From positions 29,140,001-29,204,000 of the forward strand of contig OX597826.1 of NCBI GenBank assembly GCA_951406725.2: a stretch of 64,000 bases of DNA, given 5' to 3'. Below the pieces are notes generated by a model. The model ran no database searches, was not told the DNA's origin, and saw only the letters and a program-made list of their open reading frames with translations. This document shows, piece after piece, positions 26,867 to 41,576 of this stretch (the first letter of the stretch is position 1; every line of letters begins with the position of its first letter). Source of the stretch: Octopus vulgaris (taxonomy: Eukaryota). The position numbers and the translations under genes are program-made.

Positions 26867-29663
26867 TTCCAATGATGCTTGCAAAAGGTTTCGGTGTCCA
26901 GCTACTCCTTAGATTATATTTCATGAAAGCCAATTGGTGTCAAGTTAGGCATTGAGTGTGAATGAAAGAAATAGATACATCATACTGGTCATGTTCTACA
27001 AAGTCTTATCTGTAATTAATTCGTTGATTAAATCTTTGAAGAATTTGCTGCTCAAAGAATGTTTACCTGCCATTTTTTTATTAAAAAAAAGTTTCTATTA
27101 ACCCCTGTTTCTAAGATACAGTTTCACTGTTTTAAAGTCATTCAAGGTAAATCTTTCCTTCAAAATTCCATTTTAATTTATATTCCAAACTCAAACTTAA
27201 TAATGACCCAAAATTTTTTTATATATTGAGATACATCTCCTGAAAGACAATCTCTGATTAGCCATTACACTTCAGAACCAACCATTCACAACATTTGTTC
27301 CATCGGGTTGATGGACCAGCCTCAAAGTCCTTTCAGCTTGTATTACTTGGGCTGATCAATTGGCCCCGGGTATTCCAAGAGGGTTAAAAACCAAATGAAA
27401 CTTTCTGGAAAAAAATCACAAAATTTCATCAATGTTTGGGTCATTGTTAATAACAAACATTACTGAACATGAAAAGGGGACTAAAGGGATACCTTATTCT
27501 CCTAGCATAAAAAGTCATCCCCTCCGCACACACACGCTTTGGGTTTGTAGTCTTGTAAGCTGCATGCTGGCCTCGCTAGTGCTAAGCTGGTGACACAAAA
27601 AAAAAAAACACAGGACATACTGTAACATGGTTGGTATTAAGATGGACATCCAGCCCTTTAACCTGTGCCAAAGCAGACACTGGAGCACAATGTAGTCCTT
27701 GGGGCCCATCAGATCCTGTCAAGTTATGTAACCTATGCTACAATGGAACATGGTCATTAAATAATCCTTTCTATTACAGGCACAAGGCTTGGAATTTGAG
27801 AGCAGGTCGAGGTCTATCACATCGACCTCCAGTACGCAACTGGTACTTAATTTATTGACTCCAAAATGATTAAAGGCAAAGCTGACCTTGGCAGAATTTG
27901 AACTCAGAATGTAAGGACGGACAAAATGCCACTATGCATTTTGCCCAGTGTGCTAACCATTCTGCCTGCTTGCCACCTTATGGTCATTGAGTATGATGAT
28001 GGTGCTGATGATGATAGTGATGATGATAATGATAGTGGTGGCAGTGGTGGTAGTTAGAAAGTTCATAACTTCCTTTAACCCTTTTGAGACCACACCTGTT
28101 TCTAAGATAAAATTTCACTGTTTTAAAGTGATTCACAGTAAATCTTTCCTTTAAAATTCCATGTTAATTTATGTTCCAAATTCATTCTTAATAATAACAA
28201 AAACCATTTGAATAAAATTTCTCATTATTTTACAAAAATCAATCAAGACAAAAGCATATTTCTACAAGAATATGATAACGAAAGGGTTAAAACAAATACA
28301 CACAAGACTGCTTGAATTTGTGCATTTTCAGCTATTACGAGACTGACAGATAGACACAGTGCCATATGGAATTGTGTCACGTGCAAGAATATTCAAGAGT
28401 TAATAATCAAAAATATATTGTTGGTTTTCAGAAACCAGATATGTGTTGCTTATGCAGTGTCAAGCCATCTTTTACAATAGTCTATCTATATAATTATATT
28501 GATAGTCAGTTCTTAAATTATATATTTTAAACTGTGCTGTAGGTAACATGAAATGATCTTACTTAAGCAGTAACATAAATTCACATCAGAACACAACATT
28601 TTTTCTTCTTTTTTTTTTCTCTTTTTCTTTTCTCTCGTCCAGTAATATTTTGTACCTTAATTAGTAATAACATTAGAGTGACCTCCCCTGTAAAGCAATT
28701 TTCTGGCCTCTTCGCAAATAAGTGAGTATATAGTAATTCGATAAATCGGATTATTTCTTCCCTCTAAAATAGCTCGTTTTCGAAAACTGCCAAACATGAT
28801 GTCTTTTTTTTTTCCCTGTTCTTCTCTCATATTAATTGCCTTCGTTCTGTTTCAAAATACTCACACACACACACACACATGCGTGTGTGCATGCGCACGT
28901 TTCAAGACGCATCAAACTGTTTCAGTAGACATACAGACATGGGACTCCTCTACAAATACATCAGGTAATGAAAACTCACACCTAACCAATCAAATAAAGT
29001 ACCACTAGGGACAACCTCAGAAGCAACGGTTTGCCTCAATTCTTTCGAAAGAAACAATGTACAAAAGGAGGAATAATAGATGTGTGTGTGTGTGTTGGCC
29101 TACACACAAAAGACAAACTCACCAATAAGACTTTTAAGGTGATCTCACTCACACTTATCGCTTTATTGCCCACAAGGGGCTAAACATAGAGGGGACAAAC
29201 AAGGGATTAAGTTGATTACATCGATCTCAGTACGCAACTGGTACTTAATTTATCGACCCCGAAAGGATGAAAGGTAAAGTCGACCTTCACGGAATTTGAA
29301 CTCAGAACATAACAGCAGACAAAATACCTATTTCTTTACTACCCACAAGGGGCTAAACACAGAAGGGACAAACAAGGACAGACAAACAGATTAAGTCGAT
29401 TACATCGACCCCAGTGTGTAACTGGTACTTAATTTGTCGACCCCGAAAGGATGAAAGGCAAAGTCGACCTCGGGGGGGAATTTGAACTCAGAATGTAACG
29501 GCAGACGAAATACGGCTACGCATTTCGCCCGGCGTACTAACGATTCTGCCAGCTAACAATTCTGATGGTATGCAAAACATGCCTGGTACATATTATAGAG
29601 TGGTTGATGTTAGGAAGGACATCTGGCCACAAAAATTATGCTAAAGCAGACATTGCAGCGAGT

Positions 29664-29975
29664 AGAGACACATAGCCTAATGGTTAGAGCAGCAGACTCG
29701 CGGTCGAGGGATCGCGTGTTCGAATCTCAGGCCGGGCGATGTGTGTGTTTATGAGCGAAACATCTAAGCTCCATGTGGTTCTGGCAGAAAGTAATGGTGA
29801 ACTTCTGCTGACTCTTTTGCCACAACTTTCTCTCACTTTTTCCTCCTGTATCTAGCAACTCACCTGCGACGGACCAGCATCCTGTTCAGGTGGGGAACCT
29901 ATACGCCAATGAAAACGGGAAACTGGCCCTTATGAGCCAGCCATGGCTCGAGAAGGAACAAACACCAACGACAAA
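29664..29975 (+). mobile_element. tRNA-headed SINE related to 13833-14137, nested in another repeat
   Basis: A-box-like tagcctaatggttagagc, B-box gttcgaatct, tail ggaaactggcccttatgagcc. Imperfect duplication acattgcag on both sides. Confidence 0.75.
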
Positions 29976-30675
29976 CATTGCAGAGTGGTGCAGTCCTCCA
30001 ATTCACTTGATTCTTTATTGCCTGATGAGCTGTGTTAGGGCAAAACTCAGAGTTTCAATGCAAATATGGAATGTCGATCAGTGTTATCAAATATATATGA
30101 AAAGAAAATTTCTCTATCTGGAAAACAGGCATAAGTTGGTGACAGGAAGTGCATCTGGCTATAAAATTCTAACCCTAATATCTCCCTGTCTAACCCATGC
30201 TGGCAAGGAAAAACAGACATGAACCCTTTAGCATTCAGGTTACTGTCAAATGTAATGCTTATTTATTCACATTGTTTTTAATTAACTATGCATTATTTTA
30301 TAGCTTTGAGATTTCAGTGGTGTGTTTTGTATAGTTTTAGAATGACATTGTCGGGTAAATGTAAGAGGTTTGATCTGGTCAGTTTTAACATAAAACAGGG
30401 ACAATATCTGAGCTGGACACGGCCAGATTAAATGCTAAAGGTTTAAATGAACAGAAAAATGTTACAAATATCTTGGGAGTAATGTGGCTTGGTGGCTAAG
30501 ATGTTGCCCTCGCAGTCGCAAGATTGTGGTTTCAACCCCCAGGCCAAGTAGTGCATTGTTTTCTTGAGCTAAACACTTTATTTCATATTGCTCCAGACTA
30601 CTTAAATCTAAATGAGTAACCCTGCAATTAACAGGCATTCCATTCAAGGAAAATGTTATGATTTTGGTCACTTAA

Positions 30676-30749
30676 ATGCCTTGCAAACTGGGCAACCAAT
30701 ACTTATCATAATATGCCTTGCAAACTGGGCAACCAATATTTATCATAAT
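30676..30749 (+). repeat. 37-bp tandem duplication
   Basis: atgccttgcaaactgggcaaccaata(c/t)ttatcataat twice. Confidence 0.9.
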
Positions 30750-32423
30750 ATAGTCCATAATCCTTAGACCACATTGTCTACAGTGTAATTTGGCTGCTAT
30801 TTTTAGCAGATTGGATGACCACGTGGAGGCACTCTCTCTCCCTCTCTCTCTCTCTCTCTCATTGATCAAGATTATGGTGATATCTTGTACTGTCAACATA
30901 GCCTCTCTACACACAAAAACAATGCATGCTGTCTCACTCTCACTCACTCACTCCCCTACTCCTATCTCCCACCCTCTCCCTTTATTGAGAATCAGTGGGG
31001 TGGGGCTTGTTACGATTTAATTATCTGATTTATTTAATGCATTTAGTTCATTCTGTCCATATATTCGTCCTTCTCTTACCTTCTTGCTAATTCCGTTTTG
31101 AATTGTTACTTATGATGATGATGATGATAATGATGGTCCTGGTTGTTTGTGACAACAGTGGTGGTTGTGGTTGTGGTGGTGGTATTCTTTGTAGCAAGTT
31201 ATATTTGCTAATGGTGGCAAATGTGGAGATGGGTATTTGTGGTCTTGTAGTGGCTTTCATGGTAGGTATTGTTGTTGTTGTTGTTCTAGCTGTAGTGGTC
31301 ATGTTTGGAGTAGTTGCTGCTGCTGCTACTGTTGTTGTAATAACTCTGTTGGTTGTAGTAGGACTGATTTCAGAGTTAGTGACAGTAAGTGTATGTTATG
31401 ACCCCATCCTACCAAAGTACTTAGCATTTAGCTGCACTCACACACACACACTAAAATTACCATGGTGATCTCAATAATTATTTCTTTATTGCCCACAGGG
31501 GGCTAAACAGAGAGGAGACAAACAAGGACAGACAAACGGATTAAGTCGATTACATCAATCCCAGTGCGTAACTGGTACTTGTTTGATTGACCCCAAAAGG
31601 ATGAAAGGCAAAGTCAACTTCGGCAGAATTTGAACTCAGAACATAACAGCAATTGGAATACCACTATGCATTTCACTCAGCATGCTAATGATTCTGCCAG
31701 CTTGCCATCTTAACAACCTAAATATTGTTTTCTACTCTAAGCACAAGGCCCAATCGACTCCAGTACGCAGCTGGTACTTAATTTGTCAAGGATGAAAGGC
31801 AAAGTCGACCGCAGCGGAATTTGAACACAGAACATAACAGCAGATGAAATACCACTATGCATTTTGCCCAGCATCCTAACAATTCTGCCAGCTCACCATC
31901 TTATGGTGATCTCAATAATGTTGAGGCCATAAAGTGGTTGGTGTTAGGAAGGACATCTTACATTCATGTGTCCAACATCCTAACCACTAACCCCATGTGC
32001 TGCCATCAGTACTTTTTTGTTGAACTTTCGTGTGATTTTTATCTACCTGTTGCCCTAATTTCATTTACAAGACTTTTGTCCCAAGGTGTCACAGCCAATT
32101 TGAACCCAGGATTTCACAACTGTGAAGGAAACTTCTTGTCTGTACTTGTGTTGTTGTTTTTTTAGTCCCTCGAGTTCTGATCAGACACATCCAAGGATCA
32201 AACTCTTTCCATCTATGACCATCCTGGCTTTTCCCTGTGTGCAAGGAACCAAGCCAGAATCACAGTACCCAACTTGTCCTTTTTCTATGATGATTTGAGG
32301 AATATTAGACTCCCTATTTCTTGCAAATTAAGTGACCCTGTAGAAGCTCTCTACATGACAAGACAACACTTGTCATGTTATTGGTGTTGGTCACTATGGG
32401 GATTGTATTGTTGATGATGGTAG

Positions 32424-32645
<222 letters not shown>

Positions 32646-33646
32646 CGGCCGCTGCAGTTGTTGTTTGTGTTATAGAATTTGTCTTGGAGGCATTCAATGT
32701 CTTCTAAATGAGATTTCTATATTTGTTCCAATTATACCAACCTAAATGCCTCTTGTAATTGCTCCTATTGGTCAATTCTCTGTCTTCCATAACCAGTCTC
32801 TCTGATCTACGTGAGAGTGTGGGAGGGTGGCAGTAAAAGGAGAGGGTGTTGTGGGCAGCTGGCCGGAGCGTGCATGTGTGTGTGTGTGTGTGTGTGTTTA
32901 AAAGCTCTCTGACATTTTTCTATTGCTTTCTTTACACCTCATCCTCTTTAGTGCCTCTCTCTCCCCCTCACTCTCTCCCCTCTTTCTCTCCCCTCTCTCT
33001 CTCCCCTTCTCTCCCCTTCTCTCCCCTCTCTCTCTCTTTGTATATCTCCCTTTCACACACACACATTCCCAATCAAAGACAAATACAAGGCATCATTCAA
33101 AATGTTTCCTATAGTTTTCTTAATTAGCATACACACACATACATGCATGAACACACACATACATACATGAACACACACATGCATACACACACCTACACCA
33201 TACACACAGCATTCACTTACTTTCACACAAAAGCTATCATTGCCACACACTTCACACTTTCACACACACACACACACACACAATCTTCATACAAATGCAC
33301 ACACGCTACTGTTGCAAACACACACAGCCTTCACGAACACACTCACACACACACACATACATTACTTTCATAAACACATACATACAATACCTTCACACAC
33401 ACACACAGTTTCATATTGTTGATGATGATTATGGTGGTTACTGTCGATGCTTCTGCTGCTGATGATATTTAATTCTGAGTCTGCCCTAATCAAGCACACC
33501 TATGATCACAGACGCTCCAACTGTGACCATCCTGTCTTTTTTATCACATGCGCCTATTGTATCTAGATTTGTTGTTGTTGTTGATGTTGTTCTTCTTCTT
33601 ATTATTATTATTATTATCATTTCTGTTGTTCTTACCACTTTTCCAG

Positions 33647-33729
33647 GTTCCAGTGACAAGCATGAGTTCCAGGCAGAAACCAGGAAGTTGTTGGACATTG
33701 TGGCAAAATCCCTGTATTCACAGAAAGAG
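33647..33729 (+). CDS. TRAP1: TRAP1/HSP75 internal exon (first one recognisable in the window)
   Basis: ttccAG acceptor and GAG|GTCAGT donor; 83 nt, phase 1 to 0. Encodes (G)[27 protein letters not shown], the TRAP1-type start of the Hsp90 N-domain (cytosolic Hsp90 reads [21 protein letters not shown]). Confidence 0.96.
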
Positions 33730-34661
33730 GTCAGTGATGGTCATCTACTCCCACCTCTGCTTCCCTCTCTCTTTCTCTCTCCTACTCTCTCTTTCCCTCC
33801 CTTGTTCCCCACTCCCTCTCTCCCAATTAGCACTTTTCTTTTTCAATAGTCTGAATCCAAGAACAAGAAAACAACACACACAACCCTGAGAAATTAGTGA
33901 GATGGAAACTATACTGAAGCTTCTAAGGGTGGATTTCTTATTTCGTTTCCTCCTTTAACTTCTCTTTTACTTGTTTCAGTCATTTGACTGCGGCCATGCT
34001 GGAGCACCGCCTTTAGTCGAGCAAATCGACCCCAGGACTTATCCTTTGTAAGACTAGTTCTTATTTTATCGGTCTCTTTTGCCGAACTGCTAAGTTACGG
34101 GGATGTAAACACACCAGCATTGGTTGCTAAGCAATGTTGGGGGGACAAACACAGACACACAAACATATACACACACACATACATATATATATACATATAT
34201 ACAATGGGCTTCTTTCAGTTTCCGTCTACCAAATCCACTCACAAAGCTTTGATAGTCCCGAGGCTATAGTAGCTTGGACAGGAATTAATTTTCAGATAAG
34301 ATTTCATAAGTGGATGCTCTTCCAGTCACCAACATCCATCTGTTTTTCAAGTTGCAATTTTTAATATTTTTTTGCTCTGATCGCCAAAGCATCAATCACA
34401 CCAGTACTTATTTGTTTATTTATTTTTACCATTTTTGCGCCTTTCTATTCCCTCAACTCTGTGGACTCCAAAAAGAGCCACAATGGAACCAGTGGGATTA
34501 GATCTTCTATCAAACAAATATGTTAGAATGTTTCCTTGAGTCCTCTTCCTATAAACTTGTTTTAAAACTTTCTGACATTTAACAATGCCTAACTCTCTTT
34601 TTTTCTTCTTTGTAACCCACCCACCACCGTTGATCTCGATCTCTCTCTCTCTTTCTTTCTC

Positions 34662-34706
<45 letters not shown>

Positions 34707-35458
34707 TACACACAGATACATTGTCTATCTCTTTCATTCTCTCTCTTTCTCATTTTCTGCTTCTTTCATTCTCTCTCTCTTCCTCTGACTTTTTGTATCC
34801 CTTGTGAGTGAATCTGGTACATGGAAACAAAGAAGCCTGTCACATGTATATTTATATATCATCCTCCTCATCATCATTTAACGTCCGTTGTCATGCTGGC
34901 ATGGGTTGGAGGGTTTGACTGGGCTGGCATGCTAGAAGGCTGCGCCAGGCTCCAGTCTGATTTGGTATGGTTTTCTACAGCTGGATGCCCTTCCTAACGC
35001 CAACCACTCCAAGAGTGGTTGTTTCAACGTGCCATCGGCATGGGTGCCATTTGCATTAACAAGTGATGTAAAGTGCACTGCTAACACAGAAGAACACAGT
35101 ATTGAATTATAAAAACATTTAATATACTTAATTGTATATTATGTTTGCATAATGAGATACCACATCCCTGCAGCTCGTTAATATAACTGAGTGCTTGTAT
35201 GGTACCCACTTGGAGAATTTTATACCCTATTTACTCATCAGATGTGGGTGTGTGTGTATGTATTTCACTACCACTGCTTGATAACTGGTGTTGGTGTGTT
35301 TACATCCGCATAACTTAGTGGTTCGGCAAAAGAGACCAATAGAATAAGTACCGGGCTTTAAAAAAAAATAAGCACTGAGGACAATTCGTTCAACTAAAAT
35401 TCTCTGAAACGGTGCCCCAGCATGACCGTAGTCTTATGACTGAAACAAGTGAAAAACA

Positions 35459-35575
<117 letters not shown>

Positions 35576-37952
35576 CTTTATTACATCTCTCTCCCTCTCT
35601 CCTTCCTCTCCCTCTACTATCCAACTCCTGTCTGTCGTTACTCCCCCACACCACCACTACCCCGCCTTTTCGCCTTCCTCTCCAACTTCTGCACCAATTA
35701 TTAGAGAATCCTAATGTCTTCCTAACCATGTCTTCACCACAATCAATCATCACCACCACCACCATTACCACCATAATCATCATCATCATCATCATTGCCA
35801 GCATCACCTCAACGCCATCAACACCATCATCAATCAACATAGTCATCATAGCCATTATCGTCAATCACTGCCTCCTCCACCACCACCACCTCCATCATCA
35901 TCATCATCAAAGACACTACTAGTTTTTCTGAAACCAACAGAAGGCATGCTTCATGCATCACTGATTACAGCCATTAAAGTAGCCAGTTAGGTTCCATTCT
36001 GTTGCTCTCCTTCCCTTTCCTTCCCTTCCCCCCAACCCCTGCTCTCTTGCTCTCCTCACCAGTCTCTCTCTCTATCTCTCACCCTCTCTCTCTGTCTCTC
36101 TCTCTCTCCCCCTTTCCCTCCTCCCTGCCTTCTATATCTGCATCACATCTACAGTTTCTCCACCTCACTTTCTTGTGCCGAAATCACCACCATCACCATC
36201 ATTAACAACCATGACCACCACCGGCGGCACCATCATGGCAACTACAGCCACCATCACCACTGCTACCCCCACCATTACCACAACAAACAACACCCCACCA
36301 TCACCACTATCACTACTTTTACTATTGCTACAACCAACAACACCACCACCATCATCACCACCTCCACTTTCCCACTTGCACGGCCATTCTCCCCACCCCA
36401 CCCCCTGCTGCCCGCCCATCCACCTACCCACATTGCCATTCCACCAAGCTTCAACTTGCTTTATAGATGTGTGAAGTTTAATTACCCAACTGTCAGATGT
36501 GAAGAAACATTTCTCTGAAAAGGCAATTCCAGGTTTTGGCAGTGCTGGATCTGTTCTTCCCTTTTCTCCCCCCCCCCCCTTCTTCCTCCTCCTTCTCTCC
36601 TTTTCCTCGCCTTATTTCCCCTTCCTTTGTCCAAAACCTACCCTAACCCTATCCAATGCGCAGCCATTGCTGTGTCTACATCTGTCTGTCCAGTTGATCT
36701 GATCACTACTTAAAACTATATATCTTAGGAGCACTCCCCCCTCCTCCTCTTTCTCCTCCTCCTTTGTCTTATTCACACACACACACCCCTCCCCTTTCCC
36801 TACACATATCCTGGCTCTAATTAAGAATAAGCTTCATCATTCCACAGTCCAGTTTTACTGTAATCCATATTCATATTCCACCACTAATGCCCCTATTACT
36901 TGCCAGCCCCATTTGTAACCCTTACCATAAGCAACACCCAAATGCATAAACAAATATCGTTTAATTTTTAAAATTTGTTTCAGTCATTGGACTGCTGCCA
37001 TGCTGGGGCACCGCCTTGAAAAATTTTAGTCAAATAAATCAACCCCAGTCATTACCTTCGTTTAACATCTGCTTTCCATGCTGGCATGGGTTGGACGGTT
37101 TGGCAGGAGCTGGCCAGCTAAGAGACTGCACCATGCTTCGTTGTCTGTTTTTGGCAAAGGTTTTACGGATGGGTGCCCCTTCTAACACTATAAAAACCTT
37201 GCCAAGTGCTTATTTTAAAGTCAGCTTATTGTATCAATCTCTCTTTTGCTGAACTGTTAAATTACAAGGATGTAAACAAACCAGCCCTGGTTGTCAAGTG
37301 ATGGAGGGAGATAAACACAAAGACACACACACAGATATATATCATCGTCATCATCATCATCATCATCGTTGTTTAATGTCGACTTTTCCCTGCTTGCACG
37401 AGGTCAAACTGAGTTTATTGAGGCAAATTTATCTACGGCTGGATGCCCTTCCTGTCACTAACTCTCACCTGTTTCCAAGCATGGTAATATTCCCCCATGG
37501 CCAGATATGTTTTTGCAGAACATTAGAAATGAACAACACTGCTTGTATGACAATGACAGAGTGTAGTATCATTTTGGGGTGGGGCAAAGTAGATACTTTG
37601 CCCTACCCCAAAATGATACTACACTCTGTCTTCTCTCAGATTTGATAAACTAGCCTATAAATTAAAACTGAACCCCACCCCTAATTAAATCTAAATAACA
37701 GATATCAGTGAAAAGCAGTTACAACTGTGATGTTGTTGGTAAAACACGTTCTTTGTCTATCTCCTTATCCTCTTGGTGATTTTGGATAAAATTATACTAA
37801 TGAGTTCTTCGAATTTAATTAAATTCTATATTTTTGTGTAGTTGAAGATTGCTCTACATTTTAAATTGATGTAATGTTTGCATTGTTCAATTAAATGGAG
37901 TCGCATGAAACGATCGTACTGCATTACCTCTGGATATCCTTGTTGCTTATTT

Positions 37953-37989
<37 letters not shown>

Positions 37990-38564
37990 CATATATATAA
38001 TATAATATATATACATACATACATATACATGCACAGCAAGTGTTTGTATCATTATCAACATCATCATTTAATGTCCATCGTCCATGCTGGCGTGAGCTGG
38101 ACAGTTTGACAGCAGCTGACCAGCTGAAGGACTGTTCAGGCTCCATGTCAGTTTTGGTAGGGTTTCTACAGCTGGATGCCCTTCTTTTTGACAACCACTT
38201 TATAGGTATGTATGTCTGTGTATGTTTATGTATGTATGTATGTATGTATATATATATATATATATATATATACACTCTTTATTTGTGGATTAAAAATACT
38301 GCCAGTGGTTTCATGGAGAGAAACACACAAATACAAAATGTTTATCCAGCAATGGGATTTGAGTACTCAACCTCTCCATCTAATATTAGCATGTGTATAT
38401 ATGTAAGTATGTACATGTGTGTGTGTATATACATACAAACATACATATATACATACATATACATATATATATAAAGTTAATCCAAACAAGAAAGCACAAA
38501 AAAAACAACAACGCGAGGATGTGGAACAAATATAGTATTATTGGACGCTCAGGAAAGAAGGAGG

Positions 38565-38599
38565 GTTTAACGTTTCGAGCGGAGCTCTTTGTCGGAAAC
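38565..38599 (-). ncRNA. Degenerate minimal hammerhead-like motif, family C
   Basis: Minus strand gttt-CCGACAA-a-gagc(tcc)gctc-GAAAC-GTT-aaac. Stems I and II pair; core deviates at two positions. Confidence 0.45.
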
Positions 38600-38963
38600 A
38601 TAGGAGAAGGAAAGATCCAGAGAAGGGAAGACAGAGGAAAAAAAAATCGCCAACGGTATCATGCTTGGAAATGATGGCGTGGCATTCAATTAAATAATAA
38701 TACAAATAATATATGTATATAAATACACATACACACACACACACACACATATATATGCATATATGGGTACAGGATGTCACCAACAGTAGACAACATGATA
38801 TACAAAAACAAATGAGTTAAATACGCAAATAATGAGAGAAAAAAAGGACAAGTAATACAAAGATTGACTCTTCATCAGTTGTCGGCTGTCTATCTACTCC
38901 TCATTTCGAGCAATATTCAGACAGTTGCTCCCATGTATTTATATGAATGTATATATATATATG

Positions 38964-39002
<39 letters not shown>

Positions 39003-39088
39003 CATATATGTGTGTATGTATATACATATATAACATATATGTGTGTATGTATATACATATATAACATATATGTATGTATGTATGTATG

Positions 39089-39134
<46 letters not shown>

Positions 39135-39575
39135 AAGCGAAGTAACTACACAGTACTTTATGTCACTCAGTCATCACAGGATGGTAGTGGTGATTTCAAA
39201 TTTTTGTAGAAGGACAGCAGTTTTATTGGGTGGGGTATAGTTGATCTTGGGGGCATTTTTTGAAACTTGTACCAAAAAGTAAGAAGGAATTCCACTGAAG
39301 TAGTTGATCCAAGATGCTAACATTTCCGCCAGCTCACCATTTTAATAATGATAATGATGATCTTTTCCACTAATGGGCACAAGGCTTGGGGTTTTGCGGG
39401 TGGAGGCTAGTCGATTGGATCAACTCCAGCACTCAACTGGTATTTATTTTATTGACCCTGATGGGATAAAGGGTAAAGTCGACCTCAGTGGAATTTGAAC
39501 TCGGAAAGTAAAGGTCAGCAAAATCCCACAAACCATTTCACCCAGTGTGCTGAATATTCTGCCAGCTCACCACCT

Positions 39576-39616
<41 letters not shown>

Positions 39617-40767
39617 TATTATAATTATAATTATTATTATTATTATTATCATTATTATTATCCTTTCTATTCTAGGCACAAGGCCCGAAATTTTGGGAGA
39701 GGGGGCCAGTTGATTAGATCGAGTTCAGTATGCAACTGGTACTTAATTTATCAACCCCCAAAGGATGAAAGGCAAAGTCGACTTCTGCAAAATTTGAACT
39801 CAGAACGTAACAGCAGACGAAATACCGCTAAGCATTTCACCCAGCGTGCTAATGATTCTGCCAGGTCACCACCTTAATAATAATGATAATAGTAATAATA
39901 ATCCTTTCTACTAACGGCACAAGGTGTGAAATTTTTGGGGAGGGGTCTAGTCGATTACATTGACCCCAGTACACAACAGGTACTTATTTTATTGACCCTG
40001 AAAGGATGAAAAACTAAGTCAACCTCAGCAGAATTTAAACTCAGAACATGGAGACAGATGCAATACCGCTAAGCATTTTGCTAATGATTCTGCCAGCTTG
40101 CCACCTTAATAATAATGATAATAATCCTTTGTGCTATAGGCACAAGACATGGAATTTTGCGGGAAGGGACTACTCAATCACATTGACCCCAGTGTTTCAC
40201 TGGCACTTAACAACCCCAAAAGGATGAAAGCAAGGTCGACCTTGGTGGAATTTGAACTCAGAACATAGCAGTCGACGAAATACTGCTTAGCATTTTGCCT
40301 GGTATGCTGTTTCTGCCAGCTCACCAACTAATAATAATAATGATGATGATAATAATAATAATAATCATAATAATCTCTTTTACTTGTTTCAGTCATTTGA
40401 CTGTGGTCATGCTGGAGCACCGCCTTTAGTCGAGCAAATCTACCCCAGGACTTATTCTTTGTAAGCCTAGTACTTATTCTATCGGTCTCTTTTGCCGAAC
40501 TGCTAAGTTTCGCAGACGTAAACACACCGGCATCGGTTGTCAAGCGATGTTGGGGAGGACAAACACAGACACACAAACACACACACACACATATATATAC
40601 ATATAGATATATACGACGGGCTTCTTTCAGTTTCTGTCTACCAAATCCACTCACAAGGCTTTGGTAGGCCCGAGGCTATGGTAGAAGACACTTGCCCAAG
40701 GTGCCACTGAACCCGGAACCATGTGGCTGGTAAGCAAGTTACTTACCACACAGCCACTCCTGCAATG

Positions 40768-40806
<39 letters not shown>

Positions 40807-41516
40807 TTTTGGCACAAAGCCAGCAGTTCCATGAACCCCTATGCTTATTTTGTTACTTAATTTTATTGACCCCTGGACAGATGAAAGTAATTGCAGACCT
40901 GGGCAGGATTTGAGCTCAGAATGAAAAGAGCCGTAACTAATCCTCTGTCAGTGCACAGCCCTAAATAAAAATAAATAAATAAATAATCACAACAGTAAAT
41001 AAATAAATGAATGAATGAAAAATAAAATGGAAAACAAATAAACAACCAAATGAAAGAAAATAGAATGAATAAAGCCATTCTTTTTCGCTGCCTAGTTCTC
41101 ATAGACAGTAAGAAGTCTACAGTGTGTGCCTTCTCTTAAAGAAACTCATGTCTATAAAACAATGTGGAGATAATTGTATATGTACATCGGGTTATATGAG
41201 CAAGCATTCACTTAATGAAATTATGGATGATATAAAAATTAGAAAAGGTCCATTTCGATATAGAATTCCGTGTTATAAAATTAGTGTTACTTAATTGAAA
41301 TGGTAACGAACGCATAAATATAACATAGACAGGCAGACATGCTAAAGTACATGCTGTTGTTTGTTGTTGCTGTTGTTGTTGTTGTTGTTGCTGCTGGGGT
41401 TGTTTTTCACTAACAATAAACATTGATATATTGTATATACGTGTGTGTTTGTGTAGATTGTGTGTATATACATACATAAATAACACGCACACACATATGA
41501 TATTTATATATGTATG

Positions 41517-41576
<60 letters not shown>

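Noticed and set aside
27230-27355. Peptide SHYTSEPTIHNI as a possible TRAP1 exon 2
   Set aside because: Weak acceptor, no suitable donor, and it runs into a stop.
39360-40330. Regularly spaced repeats suggestive of a CRISPR-like array
   Set aside because: The units are ~210-bp diverged SINE copies in eukaryotic DNA, with no unique spacers and no cas genes.
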